The position numbers and the translations under genes were made by a program. This document shows positions 59,435 through 64,000 of a stretch of DNA of 64,000 nt, piece by piece. The notes below the pieces were generated by a model. That model saw only the letters and a program-made list of their open reading frames with translations, had not been told where the DNA came from and ran no database searches. Every line of letters starts with the position of its first letter. Position 1 is the first letter of the stretch. Origin of the DNA: Candidatus Kaelpia aquatica (GTDB lineage: Bacteria > Omnitrophota > Gorgyraeia > Kaelpiales > Kaelpiaceae); assembly GCA_030765335.1 (NCBI GenBank), contig JAVCCU010000030.1:5324-69323 (forward strand), read 5' to 3'.

Positions 59435-59855
59435 TCCCTGCTCCGGCTAAGAGAGTAATTTTTTTAATCCCAAATTTTGACGACAACTTTATCTCCGCTT
59501 TATCTAAAACTAAAGAATCCGCATATAGACGCATCTCCCCGGTAGGAAACATATCAACGCTGGTTATTTCAGAATCAATTTCATAGATAGCAGGAATTAA
59601 TAATTCCCCTGCTTTTTCATCCGATAGATATACTGACAACCCCTCCTGATTAATTTTAACTGTTACAACCTTAGCTTCCTGAATAGTTTTATTTTGAGAA
59701 AACTTAAAAACATCCAGTGTTTTAAAGCAAAAATTATCAAATTTCACCGCATTATATTTATTAGAAAAACCCGGCAAGATAATAACCGACAAAATTGATA
59801 TTATGGCAATTACAATTAAAAGCTCAAGTAAAGTAAAAGATTTTTTAGCTGCCAT
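59415..59855 (-). CDS. Minor pseudopilin (GspH-like)
   Basis: KS-FTLLELLIV, FPTG near the C-terminus. Confidence 0.75.
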   Translation of the reverse strand: MAAKKSFTLLELLIVIAIISILSVIILPGFSNKYNAVKFDNFCFKTLDVFKFSQNKTIQEAKVVTVKINQEGLSVYLSDEKAGELLIPAIYEIDSEITSVDMFPTGEMRLYADSLVLDKAEIKLSSKFGIKKITLLAGAGNVSIEK

Positions 59856-59856
59856 T

Positions 59857-60204
59857 TTATTTAAAACCTAAAGAAGAGAGCTTTGAACAAATTTTCATAT
59901 TCTTAACAACTGATACATCAATTATTTTTAAATCACCTAGCTGATCTTTATCCTCCTTAATCAACCAACTGAATTCACCATAAGTAGTATTTTTTTTGCC
60001 TTGATTTTCAAAATTATCTTCCAGTAGTAATTTATAATAAATAACATCTTCAGCTAGATAGTGACCATACAGAGACTCGTTTACCTTTCGAAACCCTCTT
60101 ATTGAAGTCTGTAGGGAGACGAGCACAGCGCTCAAGAGAATAGAAAGTATTAAAGTTGCCAAAACAGCATCTAGGAGAAAATACCCCCGATTGCTAATTC
60201 TCAA
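59857..60204 (-). CDS. Minor pseudopilin (GspI-like)
   Basis: RG-YFLLDAVLA degenerate prepilin motif. Confidence 0.65.
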   Translation of the reverse strand: MRISNRGYFLLDAVLATLILSILLSAVLVSLQTSIRGFRKVNESLYGHYLAEDVIYYKLLLEDNFENQGKKNTTYGEFSWLIKEDKDQLGDLKIIDVSVVKNMKICSKLSSLGFK

Positions 60205-60646
60205 ACGTTATCTCTCCGGAATAAACAATATCATCACTCGAATCCTGAACATTCGCTCCTTGAGAAGAAATCATATAAGAACCTCCTTGATCAACTGACT
60301 CATACTGATAAGGATTACCCCAGGGATCAAGAATAGAGCTTCCTTTAACTCTTGCCCGCTTTATATAGGGCCCTTCCCAGAGATTTTTATATTCATCCAC
60401 ATCAAACCCCGAGGGTGCATCCAAACGCCATAAACACTCTAAAGAACCGGGATATCTGCCGATATCCAGTTCATACATATCAAGAGCTGTTGAAAGAGTA
60501 CCATAAATTTCAGATTCTGCTCTTTTAATCCTCGCTTCTCCAGTCCTACCTGCTAAACGGGGCAAAACAGTTGCCGTTAAAATTCCTATAATTGTAATAA
60601 CTACTAGCAGTTCAACTAAAGTAAAAGCATTTCTTTTCATATTCAT
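60194..60646 (-). CDS. gspG: T2SS major pseudopilin GspG
   Basis: FTLVELLVV, ALDMYELDIGRYP, WEGPY, DPWGNPYQY. Confidence 0.92.
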   Translation of the reverse strand: MNMKRNAFTLVELLVVITIIGILTATVLPRLAGRTGEARIKRAESEIYGTLSTALDMYELDIGRYPGSLECLWRLDAPSGFDVDEYKNLWEGPYIKRARVKGSSILDPWGNPYQYESVDQGGSYMISSQGANVQDSSDDIVYSGEITFEN

Positions 60647-60651
60647 TCCTC

Positions 60652-61845
60652 CTATTTTATAATCATATTAAGTTGAAAAATCGGCAATAAAACTGCAATT
60701 ATTATAACACCTACAATGCACCCGACAAAGAGTATCATTAACGGTTCTATCAACTGAGTGGTTACTTTAAGATTATAATCCAACTCTTTTTCGTAATTTC
60801 GGGCAATATTCAAAAGAGCATTATCTAAATTGCCGCTTTCCTCGCCTACTGAAATCATGCCGGCAACATCAGGAGGTAAAAAATCTCTTATACCATAACT
60901 TAACGAAGCTCCTTCTTTTAAATCTATTTTTAATTTTTCGATACCTACTTTATATCTACTGATAGAGACCACTGACTTGGTTAAATCAAGCGCCTCGACC
61001 AAAGATACCCCTGATTTTACAAGCAGCCCTAAGCTTCTCGAAAATAAAATTATCTCTCTTTGAATCCATATTTTACTAATTATTGGAATTTTAAGCTTAA
61101 ACTCATCCCATAATAATTTTCCTTCTCCCGATTTAGTATATTTTTTAAACACTACATACTCTGCGATTCCTAATATAGCAAATAGCCACCAGAATTTTGC
61201 AAAAATACCACTGATTGCTACAACAATTCTTGTAATTAAAGGGAGTGCTTGACCTAAATCTTGGAAAATTCCGGAAATCTTAGGTATCACAAAAGAAAGC
61301 AGAAAGAAAACTGTGAGAATCCCCATCGTAAAAACCAGCGCAGGATAAAACATTGCCGATTTTACTTTATTTTTTAAATCCAGCTCTTTATCAAAGATAT
61401 TGGCTGCTTCATTTAAAACTGAATCGATATTGCCTCCCGCTTCACCGGCCGCTACTAATGCAGAGAGAATAGGAGGAAATACTCCTAAGCTATCAATAGA
61501 CTCAGAGAAACTGGCCCCGTCTCTTATTCTTAAAACCAGATCAGCTATTATTTTCCCCAGAGGCTTGTTGGCAAACTGATTCTCCAGCAAACCTAGAGCT
61601 CTTAAAATCGGCACACCTGATGAAACTAGCTCTGAAAGCCTTACTGTAAACCACGCTACATCTTTTATCTTCGGTTTTCTTCTGATTAAAAACGCACCTG
61701 CTGCTTCTTCTGCTGCATGCAAAGAAAGTATGTAAAAACCTTTTTTGGTAAGCTCTTCGATCGCCTGATGCTGTGAATCAGCATTCAGCTTATCTTCTAT
61801 TAATTCTCCGCTTTGATTGCGCGCCTTGTAATGAAAAGTTTTCAT
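60652..61845 (-). CDS. gspF: T2SS platform protein GspF/PilC
   Basis: SGVPILRAL, AGEAGG, AMFYP, VGEESG, LIEP. Confidence 0.92.
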   Translation of the reverse strand: MKTFHYKARNQSGELIEDKLNADSQHQAIEELTKKGFYILSLHAAEEAAGAFLIRRKPKIKDVAWFTVRLSELVSSGVPILRALGLLENQFANKPLGKIIADLVLRIRDGASFSESIDSLGVFPPILSALVAAGEAGGNIDSVLNEAANIFDKELDLKNKVKSAMFYPALVFTMGILTVFFLLSFVIPKISGIFQDLGQALPLITRIVVAISGIFAKFWWLFAILGIAEYVVFKKYTKSGEGKLLWDEFKLKIPIISKIWIQREIILFSRSLGLLVKSGVSLVEALDLTKSVVSISRYKVGIEKLKIDLKEGASLSYGIRDFLPPDVAGMISVGEESGNLDNALLNIARNYEKELDYNLKVTTQLIEPLMILFVGCIVGVIIIAVLLPIFQLNMIIK

Positions 61846-61847
61846 CC

Positions 61848-63521
61848 TTAGTACATCTCTTCCCTTGAAACCACCCGCAAAATTTCATCAACTGTAGTCA
61901 TGCCCTGTTTAATCTTCTGCCAACCTTCCATTTTTAAAGTCCGCATACCGGATTTAACAGCCTGCTCTTTGATTTTACTTGCCGAACTTTTCTTTGCAAT
62001 TAAATCTTTTATCTCAGGACTAACCAATAGAAACTCATAAATAGCTGTTCTGCCTCTATATTTGGTATATTTACATTCTTCACATCCCTTGGCATCATAT
62101 ATATCAATATCTTCTTTCTCTCCAAATGCTTTTAATATCTTATCAGCCGCTTTAACTTTAAATTTACACTTCGGACATAAAACTCTGACCAATCTCTGAG
62201 CGATAAAACATTCCACGGTTGAAGCAATTAAATACGGTTCAATGCCCATATCCAAAAGGCGGGTTACACCGCTTGCCGCATCATTAGTATGGATAGTCGA
62301 AAAAACAAGATGCCCTGTTAAGGATGCTCTGATTGCAATCTCTGCGGTTTCAACATCTCTTACCTCTCCAATCAAGATAATATCCGGGTCATGCCTTAAA
62401 ATCGACCGTAATCCATAAGCAAAAGAGAGCCCAATTTTAGGATAGACCTGAATTTGAGTAATACCCTTAATTCTATATTCAATAGGATCTTCAACTGTAA
62501 TAATCTTCCTGTCTTGGGTATTAAGATTTTGCAGACAGGAATAAAGAGTGGTAGTTTTCCCGCTTCCTGTCGGTCCGGTAACAAAAATCACGCCATTGGG
62601 TTTCTTTAGAACCTGCTCCAGCAGTAAGGAGTTTTCTTCTAACAATCCTAAATCTTTAAAATTAAAGAGCATCGTTTTAGATAATATCCTTAAATCTATG
62701 CTCTCGCCTTCAGGAGTAGGAAGAGTTGAAACTCTCAAATCATATTCCTCTTCACCCAGTTTAAAGAGAATCTTTCCATCCTGAGGAAGCCTTCTTTCTG
62801 CAATATTTAAATTAGCCATTATTTTTATGCGGGACGTAATTGAATTCTGAAACTGCTTAGCCCCCTGAGGAAGAGGCGTCTTATGCAAGATGCCATCTAT
62901 CCTATAACGAATTGTTAGTTCGTCTTCAAACGGCTCGATATGGATATCGGTAGCCCTATCTTTTACTGCCTGCGTTAAAACCTGATTTACAAAATTTATA
63001 ATTGAAGATTCCTCAACCCCCTGATCTTCTTTCTTTTCCTCCTTAACTTCTTCCTTATCCTCTAATCCTTCAACTGTCCCGGCTCCAAGACCGTAATTTT
63101 TGCTAATTGCATCAATAATGCTTTTTTCATATGCAATGTAAGCCTTAACATCTACGTTTAAAAGCATTCTGATATCATCCAAAACCTGAACATTTAGGGG
63201 GTCGGATACTACAATTCCCAGCAAATTATTTTTGAAACTTACTGGCATAATTTTATAATGCAGGGCAAAGCGGGCAGAAACTTTTTCTAAAGCTTCAGGG
63301 TCAATAGAAGCGGTCCTTAAGTTTATAAAGCTTATGCCTAACTGTTCGCCCAGAATACTGAACACATCTTCTTCCAGCGCAAACTTTAATTTAACAATAG
63401 TAGCTGCTAAAAACTCGCCTGTCCTTTTATGCTCAGTGAGAGCTTTTTCCAAATCCTCACTTGTTATAATTCCTGCATTAAGAAGCAGCAGTCCTATAAA
63501 ATTTCCTTCTCTTTCCTGCAT
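61848..63521 (-). CDS. gspE: T2SS ATPase GspE/PilB
   Basis: ATDIHIEP, ERRLPQDG, GPTGSGKTTT, EDPIE, TGHLVFSTIH, CPKC...CEEC. Confidence 0.95.
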   Translation of the reverse strand: MQEREGNFIGLLLLNAGIITSEDLEKALTEHKRTGEFLAATIVKLKFALEEDVFSILGEQLGISFINLRTASIDPEALEKVSARFALHYKIMPVSFKNNLLGIVVSDPLNVQVLDDIRMLLNVDVKAYIAYEKSIIDAISKNYGLGAGTVEGLEDKEEVKEEKKEDQGVEESSIINFVNQVLTQAVKDRATDIHIEPFEDELTIRYRIDGILHKTPLPQGAKQFQNSITSRIKIMANLNIAERRLPQDGKILFKLGEEEYDLRVSTLPTPEGESIDLRILSKTMLFNFKDLGLLEENSLLLEQVLKKPNGVIFVTGPTGSGKTTTLYSCLQNLNTQDRKIITVEDPIEYRIKGITQIQVYPKIGLSFAYGLRSILRHDPDIILIGEVRDVETAEIAIRASLTGHLVFSTIHTNDAASGVTRLLDMGIEPYLIASTVECFIAQRLVRVLCPKCKFKVKAADKILKAFGEKEDIDIYDAKGCEECKYTKYRGRTAIYEFLLVSPEIKDLIAKKSSASKIKEQAVKSGMRTLKMEGWQKIKQGMTTVDEILRVVSREEMY

Positions 63522-63564
63522 ATTGTTATCTTATATGAGAGAACCTGTAAAGTAAAATACGAAA

Positions 63565-64000
63565 TTAGTATAAAACTATTAGAATATACCCTAGGAAGAA
63601 AAACAATACTGCCGTAACTATCTTTATTTTACCCAAATTATGCTTCAGAAACCGCTCAAACTGACCTGAACTTACCCCTAATAGTCCCAATATAAATATT
63701 GCAATCAACGGGATAATAAACATTAAGTTATACACAAAAAGATAACTTAACGCTTTTATTTTCATAACACCGGGAAGTTGAGCCAGAAATGCAATTGTTG
63801 GAAAATATACCTGCCCCGTACAGACAGATTCTAAAATTGAAACTACAAACCCTACGCTCAACGCAATGACTACAAGCCTTATAATCCCCTGCGATTTTGC
63901 ATCTTGCCCTCGATATCCTTCACCTATAATTTTTTTAATCAAAAATTTTATCCTACCGGGTAATTGAAGTATCAAATTTTTAGGTGTTTTTTTAATCTTA
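63565..64000 (-). CDS. CcdA/DsbD-like membrane protein, C-terminal part (5' end beyond window)
   Basis: LESVCTGQVYFPTI, LFVYNLMFIIPL, multi-TM; the frame appears open to the window edge. Confidence 0.6.
   Translation of the reverse strand, partial: KIKKTPKNLILQLPGRIKFLIKKIIGEGYRGQDAKSQGIIRLVVIALSVGFVVSILESVCTGQVYFPTIAFLAQLPGVMKIKALSYLFVYNLMFIIPLIAIFILGLLGVSSGQFERFLKHNLGKIKIVTAVLFFFLGYILIVLY

Noticed and set aside
3090-63617. Numerous short (60-126 aa) ORFs in the track lying antisense to or inside longer genes
   Set aside because: Shadow ORFs of well-supported genes, with no recognisable motifs.
1-64000. CRISPR array, rRNA, IS/transposase, integrase or prophage genes
   Set aside because: No repeat-spacer pattern or matching ORFs seen; the window is almost fully tiled by identifiable genes.

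Overview
AT-rich bacterial chromosome segment with almost all genes on the minus strand. Gene order (rpsF-ssb-rpsR-rplI-dnaB-bamA-skp-lpxD-lpxC/fabZ-lpxA-lpxI, zinc-ribbon SpoVG, bS22-like peptide) suggests a diderm of the PVC superphylum, probably Omnitrophota-like (inference). Most of the window is housekeeping: translation, tRNA modification, lipid A, replication, and a near-complete type II secretion (gsp) cluster. Three parts stand out. (1) 1-8162 is an even more AT-rich operon: a tetraether-synthase(Tes/MJ0619)-like radical SAM core, a SPASM/twitch radical SAM, a GT-C glycosyltransferase, a UbiA prenyltransferase, two B12-binding radical SAMs (one frameshifted) and a TPR protein, a candidate envelope-lipid pathway. 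(2) 22888-30016 holds a sodium:solute symporter and a TonB-dependent receptor whose sigma70 promoter overlaps a BirA-type operator, close to an HTH-containing birA, a candidate biotin uptake system; two orphan secreted-protein genes separate it from birA. (3) A speD-speE-speD-like cassette lies on the opposite strand. Also present: tRNA-Gln(TTG), an unannotated 31-aa bS22-like gene, and a secretin with a C-terminal TonB-like domain. No CRISPR array, rRNA or transposase was seen. All assignments come from reading motifs by eye; no searches were run.
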